Origin: Pseudonocardiales bacterium
GTDB taxonomy: Bacteria; Actinomycetota; Actinomycetes; Mycobacteriales; Pseudonocardiaceae
Assembly: GCA_003244245.1 (NCBI GenBank)
Contig: QHBY01000543.1
Span: forward strand, 10,390-42,389
Reading direction: 5' to 3'
DNA: 32,000 bases
Below the pieces are notes generated by a model. The model had not been told where the DNA came from. It did not search any database and saw only the letters and a list, made by a program, of their open reading frames with translations. Of the stretch, positions 1 through 8,271 are shown one piece after another; position 1 is the stretch's first letter; each line of letters opens with the position of its first letter. The position numbers were made by a program, and so were the translations under genes.

Positions 1-743
1 GTAAAGACAATTATGAAGTCGACCGCGAGGTCTTACGGCGACTCCAGCAGGTCGCGCCGGAGGCTATTCGACTCGGCGGGGACAATCGGGAATTCCTGAT
101 CCGGGTGACCCGATTCGTCGCCAGCCAGACCGGTATCACCCAGTACCTCGACTGCGGCTCAGGCCTGCCGACGGCGGAGAACACGCACCAGGTTGCCCAG
201 CGAATCCAGCCGGAGTCCCGCGTGGTGTACATCGACAACGACCCGGTGGTACTCGCGCACGGCCGGGCACTTCTTGAGGAGAATGACCAGACCCACTTCA
301 GTGCCGCCGACATCTTCCAGCCGGACCAGATCATCAATAACGAGATCGTGCGCAAGTACCTTGATTTCTCCGAGCCGATCGCGCTGTTCCAACTCGGGAC
401 GCTGCACCACTACGACGGTGAGCGCAGCCCGCAGAGCATCATGGCCGAATACATCGACGCCCTGCCGTCGGGCTCCTACGTGGCACTGAGCCACTTCTGC
501 GATCCTGAGACCACCCCCGAGTTGGGCGAACTCGCCCGGAGAATGGAACAGATCTTCCTGCACAGCCCGATGGGCAGCGGGCTGTTTCGCACCCGAACCG
601 ACATCGAGGGCATGCTCCGGGGCTTGGAACTGGTCAAACCCGGCCTGGTCCGGTGCGCCGACTGGTGGCCAGACGGGCCGCGGATCAAGCCACTGGACCC
701 CGTGCAGCACTGCATCGTTGGAGCAGTCGGGCGCAAACCGTAA
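1..743 (+). CDS. SAM-dependent methyltransferase, DUF574/Methyltransf_19 type (5' end outside window)
   Basis: The frame is open from the window edge (codons from nt 3: KDNYEVDREVLRRLQQVAPE...). It aligns residue-for-residue with the full-length paralog at 853-1692. LDCGSGLPT SAM-binding motif; stop TAA 741-743. The ORF-track Met at 105 is internal. Contains a TTA codon at 33-35. Confidence 0.85.
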   Translation, partial: KDNYEVDREVLRRLQQVAPEAIRLGGDNREFLIRVTRFVASQTGITQYLDCGSGLPTAENTHQVAQRIQPESRVVYIDNDPVVLAHGRALLEENDQTHFSAADIFQPDQIINNEIVRKYLDFSEPIALFQLGTLHHYDGERSPQSIMAEYIDALPSGSYVALSHFCDPETTPELGELARRMEQIFLHSPMGSGLFRTRTDIEGMLRGLELVKPGLVRCADWWPDGPRIKPLDPVQHCIVGAVGRKP

Positions 744-852
744 CATGATCCCGGCTGCGAGCGGGCAAACTCCGATGCCCACACCTCGGTTGGCCGCCCG
801 CCCCTAGGGCTCCCGCTGTGTCCCGGTCCGCACTACGCTCGTGAGGTTCTCG

Positions 853-1692
853 ATGCCCGGTACCGACGCCCGATCGTCGGACGATGCCGCACCCGTTTAC
901 ATCGACACAACCAAGGCCTGCATAGCCCGAGTCTATGACGCCGCCCTGGGCGGTAAGGAGAACTACGAGATCGACCGTGAGGTCATCCGTCGAGTCAAGC
1001 AGGTCGCACCAGAGGTCGGGAAGATGGCGTGGGACGGGCGAAATTTTCTCATCCGGGTGACCCGCTTCATCGCTAGCAAGACCGGCGTCACGCAGTTCCT
1101 CGATTGCGGGTCGGGGCTTCCGACTGCGGAGAACACCCATCAGGTCGCCCAGCGACTCCAGCCGGACGCCCGCGTGGTGTACGTCGACAACGATCCGACC
1201 GTGCTCGCGCACGGGCGCGCGTTGCTGGCGGACAACGAGATGACCCGCTTCAGCGCCGCCGACATCTTCACCCCATCCGAGGTCATCAACGACGAGGTCG
1301 TCCGCAGGCACCTTGACTTCTCCGAGCCGATCGCGCTGTTCCACCTCAGTACGCTGCATCATTACGACGGTGAGCGCAGCCCACAAAGTATTATGGACGA
1401 ATACATCGACGCCCTGCCGTCGGGCTCCTACGTGGCGCTTTGCCACTTCTTCGATCCTGAGGACGGCGGCGAGTTGAGCGAGCTCGCCCGGAAGATCGAA
1501 CAGATCTTCCTGCACAGCCTGGGCAGTGGGTGTTTCCGAACTCGAACCGAGATCGAGGGCATGCTTCCGGGCTTGGAACTGGTCGATCCCGGCCTGGTCC
1601 GGTGCGCCGACTGGTGGCCCGACGGACCGCAAATCAAGCCGCTGGACCCCGTGCAGCACTGCGTCGTCGGAGCGGTCGGGCGCAAACCCTGA
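853..1692 (+). CDS. SAM-dependent methyltransferase, DUF574/Methyltransf_19 type (tandem paralog)
   Basis: Family-typical N-terminus IDTTKACIARVYDAALGGKENYEIDRE, LDCGSGLPT motif, C-terminal ADWWPDGP...VGAVGRKP as in copy 1. ATG 853 follows gtgagg; GTG 841 is an alternative start. Confidence 0.85.
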   Translation: MPGTDARSSDDAAPVYIDTTKACIARVYDAALGGKENYEIDREVIRRVKQVAPEVGKMAWDGRNFLIRVTRFIASKTGVTQFLDCGSGLPTAENTHQVAQRLQPDARVVYVDNDPTVLAHGRALLADNEMTRFSAADIFTPSEVINDEVVRRHLDFSEPIALFHLSTLHHYDGERSPQSIMDEYIDALPSGSYVALCHFFDPEDGGELSELARKIEQIFLHSLGSGCFRTRTEIEGMLPGLELVDPGLVRCADWWPDGPQIKPLDPVQHCVVGAVGRKP

Positions 1693-1704
1693 ACGACTTG
1701 TTAG

Positions 1705-2601
1705 CTACATCTCAGCGCGCACCTTCATGAGCAATTGCCGGCTGTGGTCAGGAGTGTAGGCGTCCACAGTCAATCGGTCGAAGACCCTGCCGTACAGCTC
1801 GGTATCGGATCGCTTGTCCAGGTAAAGCGCGCCGGTGAGGTGCTCGATGTAGACCACATCAGGCAACTCTGGCTCAGCGAAACGCAGCGTGGTGAACGAG
1901 CCTTCGGCTGCGTACCCGCTGAATTGGTACGGCACGACCTGCACGATGATGTTGGGACGCTTGGTGAGTTCGAGGAGATGCTCGACTTGGGCCACCATCA
2001 CCGGCCTGCCGCCGATTTGCCGGTGCAAGACCGACTCGTCGATTACTGCCCAGAACTTGGGTGCATCCGGCCGGCCAAGTAACGCCTGTCGTCGCATGCG
2101 CACAGCGACCTGACGTTGCACACTCTGGGCCGCAATGGGAGACCAACCGTGGCTGGCGATCGCCGTCGCGTAGTCCTCGGTCTGCAACAGGCCGGGGACG
2201 AACTGCTGTTCCCATGTCTGGATCCGAGCTGCCGACTCCTCCAGCCCAAGGTAGTCCTGGAACCAGTCGGCCACGAGATCGGTGTACCGATGCCACCAGC
2301 CGGGTTCGTTGGACCGGGCGACCATGTCGAGGAACGCCTCACGCCTCTCGGGGTCTGTCACCCCGTACATCGTCAGTAGGTCGGTCACGTCCCGCACCTT
2401 GAAGCTGACCCGGCCGAGCTCGAGCCGGCTGATCTTCGACTCGGAGCTACGGATCGCGAAACCTGCCTCCGCGCGGGAGAGCTCGGCGGCCTCACGCAGC
2501 CGGCGCAGCCGAGCGCCCAACATGATGCGGCGGGCCGTCGGACTCCCACGATGGTCGCCAGCACCACCCGATGTCTCAGGGGAATCATTTATTGTGGCCA
2601 C
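1705..2601 (-). CDS. XRE-family helix-turn-helix regulator with DUF5753 C-terminal domain (WhiJ/Scr1-like)
   Basis: N-terminal HTH (LGARLRRLREAAELSRAEAGFAIRSSESKISRLELG). Long C-terminal domain typical of DUF5753 (LLQTEDYA..., VVPY...). GTG start at 2601 preceded by GGAGGAG. Confidence 0.85.
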   Translation of the reverse strand: MATINDSPETSGGAGDHRGSPTARRIMLGARLRRLREAAELSRAEAGFAIRSSESKISRLELGRVSFKVRDVTDLLTMYGVTDPERREAFLDMVARSNEPGWWHRYTDLVADWFQDYLGLEESAARIQTWEQQFVPGLLQTEDYATAIASHGWSPIAAQSVQRQVAVRMRRQALLGRPDAPKFWAVIDESVLHRQIGGRPVMVAQVEHLLELTKRPNIIVQVVPYQFSGYAAEGSFTTLRFAEPELPDVVYIEHLTGALYLDKRSDTELYGRVFDRLTVDAYTPDHSRQLLMKVRAEM

Positions 2602-2790
2602 GCGACTCCTCCGGGGTATCCAGCGCGATCACTGAACGTGCCGGGCGGTAGCGCACGGCCAATGCTGCACCCATAGTCTGCACGCCCTGCCCCTCCCGAG
2701 CTCGATACGTCCAGATCCGTACCGTAAACCTTGCGGGCCTCTGGATGCCAGCCATTGCCGGACGAGCTTACCTCGACACAAAGGCGAGCA

Positions 2791-3159
2791 TTAGCGACGG
2801 CGACGGACCAAGCGGATGATCAGGTAGCCGACGATGACCATGTTAAGGGCTAAGCCGCCCACCTTGAGCCCGGTGGGATGCTTGAACAGCTCCTGAATCT
2901 CAGGAAAGAGCAACAACGCCGTCGACACCACGGTGAGGTACTCCGCCCATTGTCGACGACGCAGCAGACCGTAACCCTCCACCGCCTCCAACAGTCCATA
3001 CCCGATGGCGATCGACCCGTCTCGCTGGGTCTGGCGCGGCCCGAACCCTGCGAGCCGCGAGATCAGCCGACCGGTCTCGTTGCGGCTCGGGTCAAGACCG
3101 ACCCGCTCAACGAAGCGCCGTGCGAGATCCGTCCAGTCCGTGTGAGTATGGGACAGCAA
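2791..3159 (-). CDS. DUF2127-like membrane protein, C-terminal half only (possibly frameshifted or N-terminally truncated)
   Basis: YGLLEAVEGYGLLRRRQWAEYLTVVSTALLLFPEIQEL matches the conserved DUF2127 core. Only a TTG/CTG start is available in frame. A strong GGGAGG-N5-ATG at 3191 is in another frame and stops after 9 codons, suggesting a frameshift near 3162-3190. Confidence 0.5.
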   Translation of the reverse strand: MLSHTHTDWTDLARRFVERVGLDPSRNETGRLISRLAGFGPRQTQRDGSIAIGYGLLEAVEGYGLLRRRQWAEYLTVVSTALLLFPEIQELFKHPTGLKVGGLALNMVIVGYLIIRLVRRRR

Positions 3160-3272
3160 GATCAGACCGACGGCTGCGCCGCTGACGCCATGACGACCTC
3201 CCTGCGGATCCCCGCCACCAACGACTCGGCGACGACGTTATTTGCCGACGGCGCATAGCGACAGCGGGAGGG

Positions 3273-3314
3273 CGCCCGGCCGGACGAGGGGGTGAGGTTC
3301 CGTCCGGCCGGGCG
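3273..3314 (-). terminator. GC-rich hairpin downstream of the CsbD gene (candidate intrinsic terminator)
   Basis: Perfect 14-bp inverted repeat: cgcccggccggacg (3273-3286) and cgtccggccgggcg (3301-3314), with a 14-nt loop. Starts 11 nt after the CsbD stop. No U-tract. Confidence 0.45.
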
Positions 3315-3324
3315 GGGGGATGGC

Positions 3325-3498
3325 TCAGCGGTGGAAAAAGTCCTTGACCTTCTCGCCGGCCTGCTTGATCTTGCCCTCGGTCTGGTCGACCTTTCCCTCG
3401 GCTTCGAGGTGCTCGTCACCGGTGGCCCTGCCGGCGGCCTCCTTGAGCTTGCCCTTCAGCTCTTCGGCCTTGTTCGAGATCTTGTCTCCGATACCCAT
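3325..3498 (-). CDS. CsbD-family general stress protein (57 aa; below the ORF-track cutoff)
   Basis: Own translation: MGIGDKISNKAEELKGKLKEAAGRATGDEHLEAEGKVDQTEGKIKQAGEKVKDFFHR. This is the classic CsbD pattern (KGK.KE..G..TGD..L.AEGK.DQ..GK.Q). AAGGAG (3505-3510) lies 6 nt upstream of the ATG. Confidence 0.85.
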   Translation of the reverse strand: MGIGDKISNKAEELKGKLKEAAGRATGDEHLEAEGKVDQTEGKIKQAGEKVKDFFHR

Positions 3499-3545
3499 CG
3501 GATGCTCCTTCGTCAGATTTGGTTGCTCGCTCAGCTGGTCCGAAG

Positions 3546-3872
3546 TCAGCTGTTCCTGCGGAGTACCCGTCGCAACACCAGCAATACACCTAGCAGGACC
3601 GCTATGGCTGGCACCGGCCGTCGCCGCATCGCCGCCATCAGCTGGGTGATGCGCCCGACCACCGGCGCGGGAAGCTTCGCCACGGCCTGGTCGGTCAGAT
3701 CCTTCGCATGCCGCGTCGTCTCGCCAGCCTTATCCTGCAGTGCCTCGGTGCCGTCCTGCAGGTGCTGCTTGATGTCTTGGATCTTGCCCTGCGCGGTTTC
3801 CTTGGCGTCGCGCACCTTGTCCTTCACCCCTGTGGGCAGATCGGCGGTGAGATTGTTCGACGTGATTGTCAT
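3546..3872 (-). CDS. Hypothetical tail-anchored membrane protein with charged helical (LEA/apolipoprotein-like) N-terminal region
   Basis: Internal ATG at 3872 (MTITSNNLTADLPTGVKDKVRDAKETAQGKIQDIKQHLQDG...). C-terminal TM segment PVPAIAVLLGVLLVL followed by RRVLRR. Same strand and tight spacing with the CsbD gene. The ORF-track upstream extension to 4028 looks non-coding. Confidence 0.6.
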   Translation of the reverse strand: MTITSNNLTADLPTGVKDKVRDAKETAQGKIQDIKQHLQDGTEALQDKAGETTRHAKDLTDQAVAKLPAPVVGRITQLMAAMRRRPVPAIAVLLGVLLVLRRVLRRNS

Positions 3873-3961
3873 CGCTGTGTCCCCATCCCTGAGCGTGTCT
3901 CGAGTCCAACGTCGGTTGCAGGTAGTTACCCAACCGCAACTCACAGTAAACCCCGGTGCCC

Positions 3962-4234
3962 CTACGGGTTCTGCCGCCGCGTCGCGTGCGCCGCGGCGTG
4001 CACCGCTGGGTCGGCCGCAGCGAACCACGACCAGTCCGCGGCCCGATCAGCTTCCACTTCCGGTGGCCGAGCGAACACCACCGGACCCGCCCCGTCAACG
4101 GGGAAGCGAGGCTTGTCTGGCGGCTCGACCGGCGGCGGCTCAGATCCGGCGGCCGGGAGATCGGCATTGATGCGCTCGCCACGGATCTGGTCATAGATAG
4201 GCGTTTGGCTCACAAGAGGACACCGTAGGGGCAC
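3962..4234 (-). CDS. Hypothetical Pro/Ala-rich protein
   Basis: ORF with mostly G/C third positions at the head of the same-strand cluster. The SQTPIYDQIRGERINADLP segment looks like a conserved actinobacterial N-terminus. Start ambiguous (ATG 4234 or GTG 4213). No function recognised. Confidence 0.4.
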   Translation of the reverse strand: MPLRCPLVSQTPIYDQIRGERINADLPAAGSEPPPVEPPDKPRFPVDGAGPVVFARPPEVEADRAADWSWFAAADPAVHAAAHATRRQNP

Positions 4235-4260
4235 GCTCGCGGGGCCGGCATCAACATGGT

Positions 4261-4466
4261 GTGGACGGTGTGGGGACCGTTCTGTGGATCGATGAACCCG
4301 AATGTGTACAAGCTGTGCACAGGCTGGGGACGCGCGCCCCGCAGGCCACCGCCGAGGCTGCGGCGTCCCATCCGGACTGGCCCCGGTTCCGGATGGGCAT
4401 CAACACCGGCCCTGCCCGGGCCCTGCCCTGGTCGGCAACGTGGGCGCGCAGCAAATGTCCCGTTGA
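4261..4466 (+). pseudogene. Class III adenylate/guanylate cyclase catalytic domain, central fragment (5'-truncated, frameshifted)
   Basis: ...RFRMGINTGPA then, after an 11-nt near-tandem duplication (4408-4418 / 4419-4429), LVGNVGAQQMSR followed by TGA (4464-4466). No N-terminal part of the domain and no credible start. Confidence 0.6.
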
Positions 4467-5316
4467 CCGAAATGGTTTGGGACGTCCATGGTCTCTCCCG
4501 AGGTTTCGGCTCCTCGACGACCGTCCTCGGGAACCTACGATCTTGAGAATGACATCGTCGGTTGCAAGCTTCCAGACGCCGTGCTGGCGGTGTTCGGCGT
4601 CGTGGAAGCTCCGGTCATCTTGGCCGGTGGCAAGGGCGGGACGTGGCGGGCAGGCAGGCTGGCCCTCAAACCGGTGGAGTTCCTGGCGGAAACGCTCTGG
4701 CGCGCCGAGGTGCTCACTCAGTTGCCCGACTCGACGGAGTTCCGGGGTCGCCCGCCCTGTCCGGGCGCTGGATGGAAGCTGGGTAGCCCACGGCTGGGAG
4801 GCAAGCCAACTCGTCGCGGGCGACCCTGATGTCAGCAGGCAAGACGACGTGCTGCGCACAGGGATCGCCTTCCACACGGCCATCGCGGACCAGCCCCGGC
4901 CGGCGTTCCTGGACCTCCGTGATGACCCGTGGTCCATCGGGGACCGCGTCGCCTGGGACGAACTCCCTGTCCAGGCCTGCCCAGTGGCCCTGGACCTGTT
5001 GGAGCCACTGATCAACGCCCGCCGCCCGGTCGACCTCGCCTCGCAGGTGGTGCATGGCGACCTGCCCGGCAACGTGCTGTTTCGGACCTGCCGGATGGAC
5101 GCCCGGCCAGGTCGAGGCATACCGACCCGTGATCGGCCTCGCCGTCACCTACGCCAAACACGAGCCGAACTGAGCTGAGGCGGACCGCCGAAATCCATGG
5201 GCAACTCGACCGACGCGCCCGAAACCCAACAACGCCAGATTTCTCCAAGCACTCTCCGTAAGCATCCGTCGCGCAATGCCCAGCACACGTTCAGCAAGAT
5301 CATTTCGGTTAAGCGC
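4463..5316. mobile_element. ~0.85-kb insertion splitting the cyclase domain, bounded by 12-bp imperfect inverted repeats (candidate non-autonomous cassette)
   Basis: Left end ttgaccgaaatg (4463-4474). Right end catttcggttaa (5301-5312), whose reverse complement is ttaaccgaaatg, so 11/12 match. Removing the segment joins ...GNVGAQQMSR to NFTAIGDTTNL..., restoring canonical cyclase spacing. No transposase inside. Confidence 0.3.
4488..5178 (+). pseudogene. Aminoglycoside/choline-kinase-type phosphotransferase-like gene (resembles actinobacterial TIGR02569-type proteins), frameshifted
   Basis: Frame 3 reads PDAVLAVFGVVEAPVILAGGKGGTWRAGRLALKPVEF...STEFR. It continues in frame 1 as VARPVRALDGSWVAHGWEA...VVHGDLPGNVLF (HxDxxxxN kinase loop). 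The switch is at the GGGG run 4744-4747. The 3' end is degenerate. Confidence 0.55.
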
Positions 5317-5529
5317 AACTTCACCGCCATCGGCGACACCACCAATCTCACCGCACGTCTGGCGGCGGCCGCCGGTGTCGGCGAAGTGCTGATCAGCGAG
5401 ACCACCCTCGCCCAACTTGGCGGCTGCACTGTGGTGCACAACCTCGGTCCGCTTGAACTCAAAGGCAAGCAGTCCCGCTCACCGCTTACCGCCCTCAGCA
5501 ACCGAATGGCGGTGGTCAGGGGACGATGA
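5317..5529 (+). pseudogene. Class III adenylate/guanylate cyclase catalytic domain, C-terminal fragment
   Basis: NFTAIGDTTNLTARLAAAAGVGEVLISETTLAQLGG...LGPLELKGKQ matches the conserved (Y/F)TxIGDxVNxAxRL...GE(V/I)L(V/I)S...LKGK half of the domain. Confidence 0.65.
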
Positions 5530-5758
5530 CGACTGGGCAACGTGCGTGGCGGGTCAGCCACACTGGCACTGAGCCCGCGATGCGGTGCACCCAGCGGGCG
5601 GGCGCACCGAGGACGATCGCGTCCGCCCGGGTGTCAGCGGCGTAGGCCAGCGCGTGCCGGCTCGGCGCTGACCCGTCGTAACCGACCAGGATCGGGCGGG
5701 TGACCACGCCGGAGATGGTCGGCTCGTGCGAGCGCGGTGCAGGAGTCACGTCGGACAT
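5516..5758 (-). pseudogene. Universal stress protein (UspA-family) remnant with internal deletion
   Basis: ILVGYDGSAPSRHALAYAA (USP beta1/alpha1) is joined directly to ADAIVLGA...IAGSVPVWLTRHARCPVVIVP (USP C-terminus). About 80 aa against roughly 140 for intact members. Overlaps the cyclase fragment end by 14 nt. Confidence 0.45.
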
Positions 5759-6030
5759 GGCCGTCTCCGGCGAGATGGTGCGGGTGTGGACCGCCAATTA
5801 TGTCGCTTTGCGCAGCCGGTCCGCTACCTCCTGCCGTGGGTCTCGTCCATCCGGTTCTCCCTCACATCGCGCCCACCCCATCACGGCCGTCACCGCTACG
5901 ATGCCTGTTCGACGAGTCGGGCGCTGCGGTGACCTCGCGTGCAGCCACCGGAAAGTCATTGTTGCCGGACGGTGTGAGACCCCGGCAAACAGTGGAGGCC
6001 ACAGTAGAAGGCAGGAGTGGGCCGGCGAGG

Positions 6031-8199
6031 ATGAGTCGCGCGGATCCGAAGGGGTTCGCCAAGGTATGGGCGGACGCGATCATCGGCACCAGTTACGTGT
6101 CGATGGGGCCCGACGAGCTCGCTGCGCACCTGCTCGGGCTCACCCACCAGCTGGTCCAGGCTGCGCTGGCCACCGAGTTCGAGCCCTCGGTCGGGCGCCG
6201 GATCGGCGTCGACATGGTCGGCGCGCATTTCACCGGCACTGAGACGCTCGGCGCGACGGTGGCTCTCATCGTCGAGCGGTTGCCGGATCTGCTGGATCAG
6301 GTCCCGCAGGGGGTCGACGTCGCCGGCCGAGTTGCCCGGCTGGCAGGCAACATGGCTGCCGGTTACGCCAATGCGCTGCGCGAGCGCAGCCTTGACGAGC
6401 AGGACGCGATCTATCGGGCTGGGCTGCGCGCCCGCAGGCAGGCTGAACAGGCACTGACGGCCAGCGAGGCGCGCTTCCGAGGAGTATTTCACTCATCTCC
6501 AGTGGCGATCGCGATCAGCGAACCCAACGGCCAGATCGTCCAAACCAACCGGTCGCTCGACGACACCCTCGGGTACTCCCCCGGTGAGCTGCTCGGACGC
6601 CAGCTAACCGAGCTGTTCGCCCCCGATGACCGGCCCATCGTGGAGGAGCACTACCGCGATCTGGCGACCGGTCAGAAATCGCGGTTCCGAGTCCGGTTTC
6701 CGCTGCGCCTCGCGGATGGCGAGATCGCGATGATCTACTTGGACGCCGCGGTGCTACTCGACGACGAGCAGGTGCCCCAGTGCATCGTGACGATGATCGA
6801 TGACATCACCGATCTGCGCCTGATCGAGCAGCGGCTGCAACACCAGACGCTGCATGACGTGCAGACCGGTCTGCCGAATCGACAGTACTTCGTCACTAAC
6901 CTGGAAAAAGTGCTCGGGCAGCGCGAACCGTCGGCCGTGATCACGCTGATGCACCTCGACCTGGACGGCTTCTCCGCGATCAACGACGGGCTGGGGCATC
7001 ACGTCGGCGAACGGCTGCTCGACGTGGTCGCCCGGCGGCTGGAATGGGTAGTCGCCGACCAGCAGGCGATGGTCGCCAGACTCGGAGCCGACGAGTACGC
7101 CATTCTCATCGAACCCGGCCATATTGAACCCGGCGAGCCGATCCTGGACGTCGGTGCCTTTGCTGAGATCATCAACACCGCGCTGGCCGAGCCCTTCTAC
7201 GTCGACGGGATCGGGGTGGCGGTCACCGCCACCATCGGCATCGTGCAGCGCCGGGTCGCCGGGGCGAAGCCCGAGGAGCTGATGCGCGCCGCCAGCGCCA
7301 CGCTGCGCCGTATCCGTGGCCGAGGCAAGCGGCAATGGACCCTGTTCGACCCGGAGATCGATGCCGCGAACCGGGCAAAGCTCCAGCTGGCCGCGGCAAT
7401 GCCCGGCGCCCTGGAGACCGGTGAACTGCACGTGACATTCCAGCCGGTGGTCACGCTGGATGCGCAGAAACTAGTAGGAATCGAGGCGGCACTGAGCTGG
7501 CAGCACCCACAGCTCGGCCTGCTCTCCAACGAACAGTGCGTGCAGGCCGCGGAGCGCACCGGCGTCGTGCACGAAGTCGGTCAGTGGCTGCTGCGGACCG
7601 CTGCTGCGCAAGCGGTATCCTGGCGACAGCGCACCGGTGCCGGCGTGCCGCCGGTGATGATCAATCTCACGCCGTCCCAGGCGCAGGACCCCGATCTGGT
7701 GGCGAGGGTCAGAGCGGTTCTGAAGGAGACCGGCCTGGCGCCCCGTGAGCTGGAGCTGCGGGCGCCGACGGCAGCCATCCGCACGGCCACTGGTGAGCTC
7801 ACCGACGAAGGTGGCGGGCAGGCCGAGGACAACCTGCATGTGCTCACCGAGCTGGGCGTGCGCGCCGGCCTCTACGACTTCGGCGGCGGCATCCGCGGGT
7901 TGCGCTGTGTCGCGGACCTCCCGGTGTGCGTGCTGCGAATCGCTCAGCCGCTGTCCCACCAGCTAGCCGGAGATCCATCCAGGATCCTGGCGCAGGCGAC
8001 GCAGGCTCTGGTGCACATCATCCGCGACGCCGGGGTCGACGTAGTCGCTCCGGTAGACAGCGCCGAACAGGCCGCAGAGTGGGCGCGCATCGGCGCCAAC
8101 TGGGCAATCGGCGGACTGTACGGCCCACCAGGCCCGTCCCAGCGTATCGAGCCCCTACTCGCGGGACCTGTACAACGCACACCCAACGACAGGAATTGA
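6031..8199 (+). CDS. PAS-GGDEF-EAL c-di-GMP-type signalling protein with degenerate GGDEF (GADEY) and EAL (EAA) motifs
   Basis: PAS (FHSSPVAIAISEPNGQIVQTNRSLDDTLGYSPGELLGR). GGDEF fold (DLDGFSAINDGLGHHVGERLL...RLGADEYAILI; GADEY at 7084-7098). EAL fold (QPVVTL...VGIEAALSWQHP; EAA at 7483-7491). Start taken at ATG 6031 (MSRADPKGF...); the ORF-track start 5737 overlaps the USP relic. Confidence 0.85.
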   Translation: MSRADPKGFAKVWADAIIGTSYVSMGPDELAAHLLGLTHQLVQAALATEFEPSVGRRIGVDMVGAHFTGTETLGATVALIVERLPDLLDQVPQGVDVAGRVARLAGNMAAGYANALRERSLDEQDAIYRAGLRARRQAEQALTASEARFRGVFHSSPVAIAISEPNGQIVQTNRSLDDTLGYSPGELLGRQLTELFAPDDRPIVEEHYRDLATGQKSRFRVRFPLRLADGEIAMIYLDAAVLLDDEQVPQCIVTMIDDITDLRLIEQRLQHQTLHDVQTGLPNRQYFVTNLEKVLGQREPSAVITLMHLDLDGFSAINDGLGHHVGERLLDVVARRLEWVVADQQAMVARLGADEYAILIEPGHIEPGEPILDVGAFAEIINTALAEPFYVDGIGVAVTATIGIVQRRVAGAKPEELMRAASATLRRIRGRGKRQWTLFDPEIDAANRAKLQLAAAMPGALETGELHVTFQPVVTLDAQKLVGIEAALSWQHPQLGLLSNEQCVQAAERTGVVHEVGQWLLRTAAAQAVSWRQRTGAGVPPVMINLTPSQAQDPDLVARVRAVLKETGLAPRELELRAPTAAIRTATGELTDEGGGQAEDNLHVLTELGVRAGLYDFGGGIRGLRCVADLPVCVLRIAQPLSHQLAGDPSRILAQATQALVHIIRDAGVDVVAPVDSAEQAAEWARIGANWAIGGLYGPPGPSQRIEPLLAGPVQRTPNDRN

Positions 8200-8271
8200 T
8201 GGTCAAGGACCGCACATCGCGGTACCGGGGTGGTGGGCATGCTCTGGACGACATCGGAATCAGGAGGCGGT

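Noticed and set aside
685-1659. 324-aa minus ORF (and the similar 159-782 ORF) opposite the DUF574 methyltransferases.
   Set aside because: Antisense shadows. The duplication of the plus-strand genes explains why the two minus ORFs resemble each other.
3292-4170. 292-aa plus-strand ORF across the stress cluster.
   Set aside because: Antisense to three minus-strand genes that have RBSs and, for CsbD, a clear family signature. The product is low-complexity.
5737-6030. The ORF-track N-terminal extension (98 codons) of the GGDEF-EAL protein.
   Set aside because: It overlaps the USP relic start on the opposite strand, is Pro/Arg-rich without structure, and the family-like N-terminus begins at MSRADPKGF (6031). 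The true start remains uncertain.
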